This document shows positions 44,198 through 61,399 of a stretch of 64,000 bases of DNA, piece after piece. The notes under the pieces are model-generated. The model worked only from the letters and a program-made list of their open reading frames with translations. It had not been told where the DNA came from and made no database searches. The translations under genes and the position numbers were made by a program. The first letter of the stretch is position 1, and every line of letters begins with the position of its first letter. The DNA lies in assembly GCA_012295275.1 (NCBI GenBank), contig CM022666.1, forward strand, positions 14,632,001 to 14,696,000, written 5' to 3'. Source of the stretch: Chrysomallon squamiferum (lineage: Eukaryota; Animalia; Mollusca).

Positions 44198-44460
44198 AAG
44201 GTTGTTAGATACGACCCTCTTTAAAAGAAAGAGGTCACGAGGCGTAGTGATATTACCGCAGTGGTTAATATTAACCGTATAAGGAGATTTTGAATACCTG
44301 CAGTTGTGGGACTATTTTCGCAGTGTTATTATAACATGAAGGAGGACGGCAAACTATGAAGATTTTTTTCCTTTTAACCATTAGCAGCAAGGTGCGTAGA
44401 GAAATAACAGAAGTAATAATCATCAACTTTATTGACGGTAGCAAGTTTAAAGATATAAGT
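44198..44460 (+). promoter_or_regulatory. Putative promoter / non-coding first exon of the TRIM gene
   Basis: Locally GC/CpG-richer, conserved with 17534-17765; candidate donors AAG/GTGCGT (44392) or TAA/GTAACT (44459); acceptor TTTCAG at 45247 precedes the ATG exon. Confidence 0.45.
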
Positions 44461-45420
44461 AACTGTTAACATCACAAACTGTGTTTGTAAATAGGAACAG
44501 ATACAAATATATAACGACGTTAGTATCTCATATCATTACAAACAGTGGTTTAAAGCAAATAATTTTTGTTTTTTAAATTCTGGTGTGACGAGGTAAATAA
44601 CTATTACCAAGGAAACCTTGTTTAATAACTAATACAGTTACAAATTGTATGTAGGATGATATAAACACTTTAATAAGGACTAAAGTTACAAAGTGTGTTT
44701 GTAACAGCAAGAAGATTTAAAAGAAAACTTGATTATATCACAGGTATTGTCTCTTTAATTTTGATTTATAAAATTAGCCGTATAATTCATTCGTTATTAC
44801 TACATCGGTAGTACTAATAGCAGTAGTTGTTACAATCGTGGTGGTAGTAGTAGTAATGGTAATGGTGGTGGATGTAGTGGTAGCGATGATGATGATGATG
44901 ATGATGATGATGATAATAATGTAAATTCAGTAGTGTATTGCGGTACATGGATCAATTTTCATTTTGCATTAGCACAGTGATATCAAGATTTGTTGGAGGA
45001 TGGTAAACTAAATGAACAGATTTTATTTTGGAAGTTTACTGTTTCTTTAAGATAGGTTTAAAATAACTGTTATCATCACAGCCTCTGGCAGAGCTCCTAC
45101 CCAGAGTTCACTAGGAAGATGTAAAGTTATGTTGTACAAACAAGAATGGCTTTGACAAACCAGTCTGCTGAATATATATTTTGTAATAAAATAATTACTT
45201 TTTTTCTGTGAGAAAAATACTAACAATAAGAATCCATCTCATTTCAGATTAAGCCTGAAACAGCTTGACCTAAAATTTCATAGCACAAGAAAGTTTGAAC
45301 AAGAAACAATGTCTGAAAGGAATACTGACTCAAAGTGAAATTAATAGACGCGTCTGAACTATGCAACAAATTTGATCTTCAGTGAATACACACTACTGAA
45401 ACAAGTTGAAAAATTCGGCA

Positions 45421-47575
45421 ATGGCGGAAGCGGTTGCCATTCCTTTGCTCGAAATAAAAGACGAGTTCGTGATTTGTGAAGTGTGTTTAGAATATTTTGA
45501 CGAGGCCGGTAGAATGGCTCATCTTTTGCCTTGTAACCACACCTTTTGTTATCAGTGTCTGGAAGCTCTTTGGCAGAAATCAACAGAAGGCGTAAAATGT
45601 CCGTTCTGTCGGAAACTGTGGCCTGTTGAAAACAGCATTGAGACAACCTTTCCTAAGAATAAAACTGTTTGTACCCTTGTTGAGTACATTGCACTAAAAA
45701 ACAGTCCAGAGAAAGTAATATGCAAGAAATGTCCCAACAGATCTGTGGCAACTCTGCACTGTCTCGACTGTTCTCAGCCGATGTGCGAGTTTTGCTCTGA
45801 ATTCCATAAAAACTTTACAGTTTCACAACATCACAAGACTGTTCCAATATCAAAACTGTCAGAGAGCGACTTTTTCCAGCACCAAGATATTTGCGAGCAA
45901 CACAACAATATAAAAAAAGATATTTTCTGCAAAACTTGTTCATTAGCTGTCTGTTCGTCCTGCGTTCTTGTAGGACATTTGAATCACACGCTGTCTAACA
46001 CTAAAGATGTTTACGATGAACATAAAGAACGAATCAAAACTGCCTTGAGTGATTTACTTGAATCAAGAAAACATTGCACAGCATACAGAAAGAAACTAAG
46101 TGAAGAAAAGAACACACTTGATAAAATACAGCACGATCTTGTATATGAGATTGATGAAATGCACAAGACAATAGTAGACAAGATAAGTGTCGTCACAACA
46201 CAGATGAAGGAAGACGTAGTGTCCAATGTAAGAAAACAAAAATCTGACAGAGATGAACAGCTGGAAGTTGTGGAAAAGACAGAAAAGTTAAACGATGAAC
46301 ATTTTCTTTATTGTCAAAAAGTATTACAATTTGCGACAGAGATTGAACTTATCGAGACGTCAGGAATGCTCGAAAACAAAACAAAATCTTTGTCGCTTTC
46401 ACTGCCTGAACTGCAAATAGAGAATATTGATGTAGATTTCAAGCTTTTAAAACGTGTTGAAAGAAGCTTAGACAAATCAGCAGTCTTGTGTAACGTCTCG
46501 CAGTTCCGTCCTTACATTGAGTTGTCTGACGTTGGAACGGGACAAGTCTCCGACGTTCTCAAGTACACACTGTTGTTAGAAGAACATGATGATGAAAATA
46601 TAAAAATAGATGCCGTTATCGAACCGCCTGGAGGAAACGAGCCAGCTGTAAAACAAACGTTGACTTCTGTTTCTGCTATTACTGGAAGTTTCCAGTTCAA
46701 ACCCGAGGTGACAGGTGCGCACAAAATCTCACTCACTGTGAACGGAGAAAAGTTACAAGAGGAACAGTTTGTGTTTCACAGCAGAGAAAACGGTGAGTTA
46801 GAAATAAATTCTTTATTGTTTAAACATCTTGAAAATAACGTAAATATGAGGCAATCAGATTCTTGGTTCGAAGAATTTTTATTAATGTATGTATGTATAA
46901 TTTCTATCCTATAATGGCGTCACGGGATCAGTTGATAAAACAAATTGCTTCAATTAATTTTATTTATTGGTTTATATTTTGTTATTCAGAAAATGTTAGT
47001 CGCTAGTAAGAACATGTTTTTAAGTAATCTAATACTTGTTTGCAAATAAAACTAATTTTATTATTCATTTAACTACTTGCCACTATCAATACGGCCGTCA
47101 AAATCGCGTAACTATACAAGATGCATTATCATGGCATATTTTGTGTATAAAACAATCTCGAGGTACATTCATAGTTTTACACTGATTACAACGTTAATTT
47201 GAAAATATACAGCAGTTAAATAATGAAAAGGTAAGTTATTATTATGGTTACTACGGTAGATTTTATTTCTACGTAAGTTGACCTACTTATAACATCGAGT
47301 CGCGTGTCTTGTCTGGTTCGAGCACATTTTGAGAAGCGAACATCGAGGCGGTATTTTTCATTGTTAACAGGTTCACAAATTTTGAATGAATTTATAGATT
47401 TTGTATAGATAAGTAGATAACGTGTTTTCAGTTTAATTAGGTAGTTAATATTTTAATAGTTCTGTCATTCAGTAATTTTATTTTTCACACTTCTGTTCCT
47501 AATTTGTAAAGTAATAAAAAGTTCTACTACTAATTTTTCATTTTGTAAAGATTCTACTAGTATTACTTCTGATTT

Positions 47576-47612
<37 letters not shown>

Positions 47613-48677
47613 TTTACAGAATCACCTGAAACAAGAAAACTTCTGTGTTTAAAACCTGAACCTGTCAGTCACAGAGGAATCTACAGAGAAGTTTCATGTA
47701 AGTAACAATTTTTATTTATTTACTTCTAAATATAATAATGATGATAAAAATACATGATGATAATACTGATAAAGACAAGAATAATAATAACAATAAATAA
47801 TCTTTAAAAAATATTTAATTATCAGTTGTGTATATTGAAAGAGAACAACATTATAATAAAATTTAAATATTAGAAACAAATTATTTTAATAAAACATTTT
47901 ATTTATTTACTTTCATTTTCTAAGTGTAAAAACACAAGTTTTAAAATTGTATTTGATTGTTAACAATTGTATAAAGTGACAGTGCAGTTTGTAAAAGTGA
48001 AATATTTAACAACATATTTTATTTTCACAGTGACACAAATGAAGTTTTCAGAAAAAACACTAAACTGGGAGAAATGTTGTATTAATGAAAACAAGGAATT
48101 AGTTAACAAAAGATCTGTAGAAGAAAACCAAAATGAAGACAGGATGAAAGTTCTGAGAGGAGTAACAGGAGACATTAGTTTTACAGAAAAGAAATGTTAC
48201 ATTTGGGAAAGTAAAATAACCTGTCACATTTTAGAAAGTGCAAAACTGAATTACAGAGCAGCTCAGATTGGAGTCTGTGAGGAGGGACATTGTGATGAGG
48301 AAATTGTAATATCTAGAAATAAACATGCTTGGTGTGTTAGTTTTATCAGCTGTAAAAAACACAACAAAATGTGTTTTCTTGTTTATTCCTGTGGTGAGTA
48401 CAAGTGTGATGTTCCAGTGTGTGACTATAAAACAAACACACTAGTCCACACATCACTTACACTAGTACTAGACACACAAAGTAAAACTCTGCACATAATA
48501 AACACAGACACTAACACACTTGTACACACACTGACTGATGTTGATGTGTCACAACCGTTGATACCTGTGTTTGCTGTTTACAGTCCTCATCTTTTTGATG
48601 TGAAAGTGAAAATTTTACCTGATTTATCAAAGAATTCCACTTTGCTGAAACTGATCTCTTCTTTAATCTGCCCATAA
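45421..48677 (+). CDS. TRIM E3 ubiquitin ligase, RING-Bbox1-Bbox2-coiled coil-Filamin-B30.2/SPRY-like; join(45421-46792,47620-47697,48031-48677), 698 aa
   Basis: ATG in GCAATGG context; C3HC4 RING CEVC...PCNHTFCYQC...CPFCR; Bbox1 CKKC...HCLDC...CEFC..FH...HH; Bbox2 CEQH...FCKTC...CSSC...GHLNH; heptad region; filamin-type GSFQFKPEVTGAHKISLTVNGEKL; all introns GT-AG and phase 1; 1372+78+647=2097 nt with no internal stop. Confidence 0.9.
47620..47697 (+). CDS. TRIM coding exon 2 (78-nt linker, ESPETRKLLCLKPEPVSHRGIYREVS)
   Basis: TTTACAG acceptor, GTAAGT donor, symmetric phase 1-1, open frame; not in the supplied ORF track. Confidence 0.75.
48031..48677 (+). CDS. TRIM last coding exon, divergent B30.2/SPRY-like domain
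   Basis: TTTTCACAG acceptor; LRGVTGDISF...CYIWE, QIGVCEE, NKHAWCV, LTLVLDTQSKTLHIIN...LVHTLTDVDVSQPLIPVFAVY follow the SPRY pattern (YWE, IGV, W, V-LD...L-F, PL-P-F); AATAAA at 48792 and later. Confidence 0.8.
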
Positions 48678-49920
48678 AGTAAAATTATTTAACAAAACAG
48701 TAATTACTTTTAAAAACAAACAACAAAAGTAAATTTGTAAAGTGAATAACTGTCTGTCTGTCTGTTATTGTTTATCTCTGTACTATATTTAAATAAACTA
48801 AATATAAATATTCTCAGTGACAAACACAGGCTATCAGTGTCATCCACACATATTTATACACACAGACACACAGACATGCAGATGTACACATGTACGCACA
48901 CATGGACTATTACACTTACTATCTAAATTATTTGTAAAAGTAATAAATTTGTAAATTTTCAGTTTTAAATCTCATTAGAAATATTTGTCAGTCTACAGTG
49001 TCTCTCTACACCTCCACTCCATGTTGACTATCTAGTCTACTTTGTTAATGAGTTAACTCTTTATGTGCTGTGTACCTGTGTTTTTGTGAAGAGTAAATTA
49101 ACTGTTTGAACACATTACACTGGATTACAATACACGTGTAACAGGTAAATGTTTCACTTTATATTTCTGATTTAAACTGAAATGAAGTTTTTATTTTATG
49201 CACTTAAACTGTGATTTCATTTAAATAATGAGTGAAAGGAGACTAGAATTTATACAGTTGTTATTATAATGAATTAGAGTTATTGGTGAATATCATATTT
49301 CATACTATTTTAATGAGTTTATCATGTTATGTATTATAATGTTATCTGGCAGTATTATTGAAATTTATATTAATCATGGATAAATGTTGTTGAGAAGAGT
49401 TTTTGTTTATTTAATTTTATATGAAAATTATTGAATGGTTTAAACAAATAATAATAAATGTGATATTTTAAAACTGATTTCTGTTTTACTGCTAAATGAT
49501 ATAATGTTTACATAGATCATGATTGCTGTGTTATTTTTTATTCATTCCTTGTTTGTTTCCTTCATTAGTTTTATATTTACTATTATTATTAACTTTTTAT
49601 TTAATTTATTTATTTCTTCCATTTTAAGTTCTTCACCCTTTCCAGTTTTCAGTCAATCACTGGATTTTGTTGTTTCTTTACTTTTGTTTTTTCTGTTTTC
49701 TTCTTCTCTTTTCATTTCTTTGTTTCATGTTTATTTACAAAAAGGGGACTTCAAAGCTGATCTGAATTGCAGTTGAATTATAAATGTTTATCCAAAATGA
49801 TATTTGTTTATTTATTTATTTACTTATTTCTCTCTATCTGCCATACTTCCATCTATCTGTTTCCTTTCTTGATATCATATATTCAATATTCCTTGTTTTG
49901 TTACTTATTTATTAATTTAC

Positions 49921-49954
<34 letters not shown>

Positions 49955-50544
49955 TTGTTTTCTCCACATTTCATTCTTTTTTCTTTCATATATTTTTATT
50001 TTATTTTATTTTTTATTTGTTTTTCGTGACTTTTTCCTCTTTTAATTATTATATGAAATATTTTTTCAAGCGGTTGCATCTTTATTAAAATTAGAACACT
50101 TAAGGTAGATGAAAATGTTAGAATGTGTGTTTGTGTTCTTTAATATTAAAGTTGAAGTGCTTTTTAAATTGAGTAGTGGAAAGAGTTTAAATACAGGTGA
50201 GTTTAAAAAAATTATATATGTATATATATAATATCAGATAAATCAAATTAAATGAAGTTTAAATAATAGGAACAAAACTGAATAATGATGAAATAATAAT
50301 GAATAAATATTTTATTAGTTTTAAATTGTGGGTTGACATCATTTTGCATCAGATTTTAAAACAACAGATATGTGAAGTAATTCCATCTGATCATAAAAAG
50401 CTTACCTTCTGACCTACCTTATTTACAGAGATTTATTTTTCTAACATTGAAAAATAGAAAAAAAAGACAAAGAAAACAAAATCAGATTTTTAATGTTCAA
50501 GTTTTGTTATAGAAACAGAATATCAATGCTTCTATGTGATTTAG

Positions 50545-53110
<2,566 letters not shown>

Positions 53111-54398
53111 GGTACTGTTATATCTGTTGTTGTTTTGTTGTTTGTTTCTTCCTGAATATTAACAGCTAAAATATGTAATATAGATACAATTTATATAAAA
53201 GGATGAAATATAGATAGTATGTAATTTACACTTTTCTGTTTTACATACTGTAAGTTTATTTTCAATTATAAAGATTGTATTCCTTTCGTTTTGTTAGCCA
53301 AAATTCATTTAGAATTTTAAATACTATTTGCAACATTTGTAGATTACAAAGCTGAACTAGAAAGGAAATAGTATAAATTTATGTATAAAATGATTATTTA
53401 TTTATTCATTTATTTATTTTGTTGGTTTCCTGTACATTTCTTTCTGTTTTCTTTTTTTAAATTTATTTTTATTTTAATTTATTTTGTTTGATTTCCCATC
53501 ATTCATTCTTTCTGTTTTTATTTTCTAATTTTCCTTGCATACTTTTCTTTTTCTTCACTTCAATCAATCAAAAAACCAGTATTATATAATTAAATCCGGT
53601 CAATTCAAAATTAATTTCATCAGTGTTTTCATTTCTTTTCTATTTCTTAATGAAATTTTTATTTATTTCATAATTCATAACTTTTTTCATTCCTTAATTC
53701 TTTCCTTTCTACACGTTGTATTAATTAAATGTTTAAGATGTTGAAAAATAACTGACTTGTGAAAAGGTCTACACTGATTGTGAGAGATTCAGTGTGTGGC
53801 AAAATCTGAAGAATTCATATTCTTAATTTTGTTTGAATGGTTATTTAATTATTTATGTATATATGTGTTTGTTCATGTAAAAAAAAAAGGCAGGATAATA
53901 ACAGCCAAAACACATCAAATAAAATTAAATAAATAAATAAATAAATAAATAAAAATAAACACAACACAAAATAAATAAATAACTAAATAATAAAGAAGAA
54001 AAGAAGAACTAGTCTGGATAGTAAAATGAACATGTTACATAACAGAAATATAATATTTACATTTTTAATTATTTTTTAATTTAAATTTCAATAGAATTAT
54101 TTTTTTTTTTTTTTTTTTTTTTTTAAATAATAATTTATTTGAGTCAGAAATAAAAGAACAATAGAAAAAAATACAAAAAAACAAACAAAAAAAAAACCCA
54201 GAGCAATAAATATAAATCAATAAATAAACGGGGGAAAAATAAATGAAAATAAAAAAAATAAGAAGAAAGAAATAAAGACGGTAAAAGTAAATAAACCAAC
54301 TACATACATCATTATATAATTATAGCCAGCAGACTTGTACTAGAGTTATTTCCCTTAGACCACAGTCAGAAAACAATGAACATATCGGATAAACCAGC

Positions 54399-55873
54399 GG
54401 TTATAAAGCTGACTTGCATCTTTTCTTCTTTCACTTGTCTCATTTTCATTGCCTGTCGAATCCTGGAGGACTCACAGTATAGCCTCAATGTTCTTTGTTG
54501 ACGGAGTTCACTGCTTCTGTCCTCGCACATCACTTGGTTTCAGACTCAGACTTAACAACCATGGGCAGAGAATTTCTGAGTTTTTTCCCAACGCTGTGTT
54601 GAACAAGAGAAAAACACATAGAAAGCTTGGATGTTTCTAAAAAAACATGACCGTCATTGGATCCTGCTAACACCACGTATGTGCCCAGCCATCACAACAG
54701 CGTTGTGATAGCTCTGTGACCGACAATCTTGTAGCTCCATTTCGTCTTTCTCTAGCTGTTTGAAGGTGTCTTCAGCGACCTTCTGGCTTATCTGGTCAGT
54801 ATAAGGAAGAACTGTCTAACACATACTATCTTCCTCTGAAAAATCAACTTCCACATACATCATTTATTTTGACATCTGCTGACGGTGTGCTTGATCAGGA
54901 GTCGAGTCGAACATGACACCACAATAGTACTTGTCTGTACGAATGCTTCTCAGTAAACTCTGGCTAACAGTGGATGCCATCAGATGGATGAAGTCATTCT
55001 GGACACCTGGTGAAAGATAAGACATGGATCCAGTATGGCCTTTCACATAGGTCAAGTGTTCTTTCGTGATAGGCTCAAACATGGCCAGTAGTTTCACTTA
55101 GCTAAAACAATTTTTTCCCATATTGGAGCCAAGATCATTATCTTGCTGAAGTCGCCGTCCGTGTCCTCGCAAAGTCAGGTTCTGAGGTCCAAAGAATTTT
55201 ATTCGGTGAAGGATTCTTGTTAAACTATCACGGCACTTTTCGTTCTCTGTGACTGAAGTTCCATGTAATTCTCAACATAAGATTCTTTCCGTTTCTTTCC
55301 ACTGGGTGAAACACTTCATTTTCATGAACTATAAACCTTTCAGGTGAATTCCACTGGCTGAATCCACTTTCTTGCTCCTATGAGGACTGATGGTCTGACC
55401 TGGGCTACAGAAGACAACAGGCAAAATGCTGAGATTTTAGAAGGGGAATAGCCCAGCCCAGAGCGAGTCACTTCTTCACTGTAACCATTCCCCAGTTTTC
55501 TGTTGAACCAAGTTTTGTTCACTGAGTGTTTGTTTGTTCGTAGAAAAGGACCCTCACTGTTTTGGAAATGGTTTGAACCCAACTTTATTGTTAAAGAACT
55601 TCTGTAAATTAGTGTGTAAAAATATAGTGCTTGTAATAATATAGTAATATGCTAGAATACAGTAATCTATGAAATTTAATTTTCTTATTAGAAATGTTCT
55701 TTCTTTATTTTAGGTAATTTTAAGAAGACAATGAGACGTATTTTTATTTTTATTTTTTATTTATTTTTATTTTTTATTTATTTATTTAGTTTGTTTTTAT
55801 TTTCCACAAAGATGAAGGAAAATGAAGCGCCCCCATGAACTGGAATACCTGTCACACCCTAGACACGCCCCTG
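54399..55873 (-). mobile_element. Decayed ZMYM1-type hAT transposon, copy 3 (3' truncated, internal deletion/inversion, 5' terminus kept)
   Basis: MKLLAMFEPITKEHL...YLSPGVQNDFIHLMAS...MFDSTPDQAHRQQMS; terminus CCCTAGACACGCCCCTG ending 55873 with the same flank ACGGTGAGA as 36071. Confidence 0.88.
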
Positions 55874-57267
55874 ACGGTGAGAACTGAGCTATAAATAAAA
55901 TAACTCTTCGTAGATTTCTACTAAAATATGAATAAGACTTAAAGATATTACCTGTACTGAAATTAACATTTATTTGTTTAGTTTCACACTGGAATCAATT
56001 TTAAAGGCAGTGTATCAGAAACGATTTCAACACTATTTAATTTCTATTAATATAAATAATATGTTAATACTAACTAATTAGGTGAAGTACTCGATAAAGT
56101 CCAATGTCCAATGTGAAGAGTACTACTATTATTACGGTTATTGTACTTGTTGTTTTTCTGTTGTTAGTGGTGCTGATAGTAAAAGGACGATGGTATTTCT
56201 GATGTATCTCTTTATTCGTTGTAGACTGTTGATTGATTTGAACATGTATACTACTTTAGATTTTGTTTCTTTAAAATCCTTCGTATAAAGTATATTACTT
56301 CTAAAAAAATAGGATACAAAAAATATATATTTATATTTCTCTGGTATTACTATTTTACACAGATGAATGACAGATAATTATGTAGATTGTATGGTGCAAG
56401 CAAATAGAGTTAACTTTGGATTATCATAAAACTATTTTTGACAAACCACATGAGAGCCATTAAATCAAGAACTGAAAAATTTTAAACAACTGATTGTTTC
56501 GTTTAAAGGCTTCTTTTGCGTTTGCATTTGCATTTTAATGTTCAAATGGTTTATAACCATCACTGTTACAACTAATACCCTGCTAGATAATAATGTAATA
56601 AAATTAATAACATTGGATAAAAATACAGATTACTCCTGTTGTATTCTGTAATCCTTGCTTAGCAGCAAGAAGGAAATCGGGGAAAAAAATTGAAGTTAAT
56701 AAATAAATAAATATATAAGTAAAATTTAAAGACCGGAAACAAAAACTGAATGAATAAATAAAAAAGTTGAAAATAAACAGACAGAGAGAGTTTTAAAACA
56801 CTGGTCTTGAAATAATAATGACAACAAAATCCTTATCCAAACTTTAATATTTTATTTCTTGTTTTATAGGTAGTTTCATCGGAGAAACAAATATATAATT
56901 TCAGGGTCTGTTTAGTACCCAGAAAAGTGGGGGAATGACCATACATATTTCCTTTGTCTTTTTCTTTAGTGTTTTCAAATTATTTTTATTTTTATTACAT
57001 TTTATATTTATTTATTTATTTATTTATTATTATTATTAGTAGTAGTAGTAATATGCCTTCAAGCAGCGGACGTTTTCTGAACGTGGTCTAAGGGAAATAA
57101 CTCCAGTAGTGATCTACGTGACCACATATTAAACATACTATTTATTTATCTTTTTAAAATCATTTGTTTTTAATTTAATATTTAATTTATTTATTTATTT
57201 TGTATCCTTATATTTTATTTTATTTATTTCTTTTCATGTTTTCTTGTTTTTCATCCTTACTTTTTTG

Positions 57268-57334
<67 letters not shown>

Positions 57335-58615
57335 CCTATCTACCTACCTACCAACCTACATAAATACATAATAAATAATCATTGGAAGAAAACTAAAAAT
57401 ATGAATGTTTCAGATTTTGCCAGAAACTGTATCTCTCACAGTCATTGTAGATAATTTATAAGTCTGTTATTTTTCAACATCTGAAACAATAAATGTAATG
57501 AAAGGTTAAAGAAATATGAGAACGAAAGAAAAAAATACAGATGCACACAGACACACACAGTCACACACGATCATACACTATGTAAACGGACATAGCCTGT
57601 CTGATAATACGTTGATCTTAGTTTAGCTTACACGTATTAGACATCTGCTGTTAATAAGATATTATCAGATTAAAAGTGTTTTTGTTTTTTCTGTGACTGT
57701 TTTTGTGTATAGATGGATGGATGGACAAATGGTGTACACATTTACGGCTAATTATTTACTTAAAATTAAACTGAATAAAACAGTATAATCCAATTACATA
57801 AAAGAAAAGAACAAGAACAAGAAAAGAAGAAAAGAAGAAGAAGAAGAAGAAGAAAAAAGAAATATATATAATGTTTCTATGAGAAATTGCGGATCGACGG
57901 ATTGGTATGTTTTGTATTTATGATCAAGTAGGGTAACTCTTCAGTATAACACAGAAATATTTTAAGTAACAGAGTACTTTCCCTTTATGACGACTTATTA
58001 AGTCTTGCAAGATGGATGTTAAAAAATTATTTAAAGAAAATTTGTTTGGATTTATAGTGAGAATATATATATATATTTTTACTGCAACAAATAATAATAA
58101 TAAAAAATTAAGTATAGAGAAAAAATAAATAATTGTATTCTAAAAAATGTAGGATCTTGACTGGCGTTATAAATTGACGCTTTTTCGATAGTTGTCCACA
58201 CTCAGAATTCCGAATATGCAAAAATTAAATTAAACAAAATTAATTCCGACAATTTCGTACATATAACCAAAAAAAAAAAAAAATTAAAAAAAAAGAAAAA
58301 AAAAAAAAAATCAACAACAAAAATAAAACAAAGCAAAACAGAAGAAAACAAACAAAGGAACCCAAATCTCATAATTTTATATTGTAAAACCAAATTCATC
58401 AAATTCACCACACAAATGGACAGTCTTGGTGTGGGTGTGGGGAGATCTACCGTACATGAATCTACAAAACTGTCTTACTGTCTAAGCTTTCTGTCTCTCT
58501 GTTTGTCTTTTCTAGAGAGACATATAGAACGAATTAGTGAAAGAAAAGAGAGAAGGATAGAAGCATAACGAGGTGACCGAGGATCGAATAAAGAAAAAGA
58601 GAAATACACACGGAG

Positions 58616-58701
<86 letters not shown>

Positions 58702-59988
58702 AATGTTCTTGAACAATAATTAAAAAAAAATATGAAGGAACGATCAAACGAACGGAGAACGAGCAAAAATTCAAATAAAGAAATACAAAAATAAACTTTA
58801 AAGAGTTGAAACAAAAGCTGAATAAATAACTAAAAACCAGAAAATAAACTGAGAGAGAGTCAGAGTTTTAAACATTGTTCTTGAAATAACAGTGACAGCA
58901 AAATGCTCATTCAAACGAATATTTTAATTTATTTCTTGTTTAAAAGTAGTTTCATCACAGGAAAATATATAATTTCTTGATTTTGTGTTTATGTATGTTT
59001 AACAAATTTATGACTGTACTCTGATGCAACTAAACTACTGTCTAAGAGAGACCATCACTATGGTTACATCGTAAACAAATATTCGTATGAATTACTCAGT
59101 TGAGATGTCTTTGAATTTTTAAATAATTTGTGCATAATAGTGAACTATTCAATAAAGACTTCAGCATCTGTTTAATGATCAGAAAAGTAGGGGAATGATA
59201 TATATATATATATAATTTTTTTTTCTTCTTATTATTATTATTTCTGTATTCCTTTTATTATACTTTTTTTTTACATTTATTTATTTAACTATTTTTATTT
59301 TATTTAGGAAAATGGTTTCAGTGGCAAGACAGAAAAACAACAAAAACAACCTAAATCATATAACAGTGAAAGAAGAATATGTGAATTAAAAGGAATAACT
59401 AATAAAGCAACGCCCCCACCAACATCAACACCAATATACCCCACTTGATGCGGCCGGGTTTAGAAGAAACAAATTTCAGTGTGCGATGACTCACTCAAGT
59501 TTCACATTAGTTAACAGTGAGAGATTTGCTTTATTTGGGTTTATATGCATGGACAGAAAGTTTCTAGTGGATGCATTTTTTCGATGCAAGTCATTTGAAC
59601 GATGCAAGTGAATCGATCCATTGACCTGTGACTTGCACAATCACAAATACACTTTACCTTGTAAATACCATGTAACCCGAATAGCAGATTATATCAGTTT
59701 AAAGTGTAATAATGGAAATATATAAAATTAAAAAGTTATACTTCCAAGATTAATTATTGTTTAGAGCGAGTTTCGCCGCTCATAACTAAGTGACACAAGT
59801 TAGAAAACAACTGAACGTCTCCAGTTTTCCCGTTTGCAACTTGAATCATGCCGCACTGTTTTGGTCTCAAGAAAAGAATCGTTAGAACAAATTTGCAGAT
59901 CTTTGTCAGTGTTGTAGATAGTTACTGTAGATATACATTTAAATGTACAGCCTCGTTGCTATAGTTTGTTAATAATTAAGTCAGGACG

Positions 59989-60039
<51 letters not shown>

Positions 60040-60911
60040 TTAATGTATGAAACTTAATAAGTAATTAATTCTGATGACGTGCTCTTTTACTCGAATATTT
60101 ACTATTATTTATTTATTTATGTATTTATTTATTTATTTTCAGAATGTAAGAACTATTAGAGCTAAAATGCATGTAAATGACAATAGTGTAGGACGTTCAA
60201 AGTCATTCATTGTAAGCAGCTGTTATTTTTATCGTCGTAACAACAAAACTTGTAGTTTGATCAGCAGTGTAAATTCTTGACGAAACTAGTGTATAAAATT
60301 TTAGAATCTAATCTGTTTTTCAGAATATCAGATGCACAGGCTGACAAAGAATAATCCTCAAAATGTGCTTAGTAATTGTGTGTAGACAGACATGTTGTTT
60401 CGGGGTCTCTCAAATTACGTCACCATGAAGAAACAACTTAACATATTTAAATAGTGCGGAGTAATGCAAATAAATTTTAATGAATTAAACACACAAAAAG
60501 GAAACAAACTAAGAAGCAAATGAAATTAAGTTACTTAATAAAAGTCATAAAATGATAGAAATATTTGATTAGAATATTTATTATAGATAAATTTGGTTTT
60601 AAATGTAGAGAGAGAAATATTGTAAACCACAGCTAACAGAGATGTTATTTTTATTTATTTGTATTAACAAAGAAACAGATTTTTTTATGTGTAAGACAGA
60701 AACGGCAATCTGGAAGTTTGTGTAACGTTGGATGTATTTGTGCACATTATTACAGTACCCAAGAAGAAATAAGACAGACAAAAATATGAAACAAGAAAAA
60801 AACAAATAAAATAAGAAAAAAGCAATAAAAGTTGTGTAAATTGTCACGTTTTACAACAACATTCGTTTCTCCGGAAGAATCAGCTTTGTAATTAAATTAT
60901 TATTATTATTA

Positions 60912-60987
<76 letters not shown>

Positions 60988-61399
60988 CACTTGGTTTAAA
61001 CAAAAGTATAGAAGAATATTACACCTGCCATGTATTATATCAAAATATCAGTCATATATATTTTTTTAAAATATTTTTATATTATTATTTGGATTCAGTT
61101 AAAATGCTTGGAATTTAACGTTTAACAAAAATTAATGACAAACGTTTTCTATTCGTTTTTATACTTCACTGAAATCAGTTCAATATGTTCATCTGTTTTG
61201 AAAATGACATTATTGATAATATGTAAGAAATAAAATCCAGATATAAACAGTGCGTGCAAATAACTACATCAACATCTAATTTTATCATTTTTACTGCAAA
61301 AAATGTAATGCTGTATGAAAAAGAAAATGTAAACATCAACGAATCTGGATCCTGTCAGTTCTGAAGAAACGTTATTAAAAACAAAATGTGATTATTGAC

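Noticed and set aside
45406-46914. 502-aa single-exon TRIM as given in the ORF track
   Set aside because: Starts at TTG and reads through a consensus donor (G/GTGAGT at 46793) into intron; ATG 45421 and the spliced model fit better.
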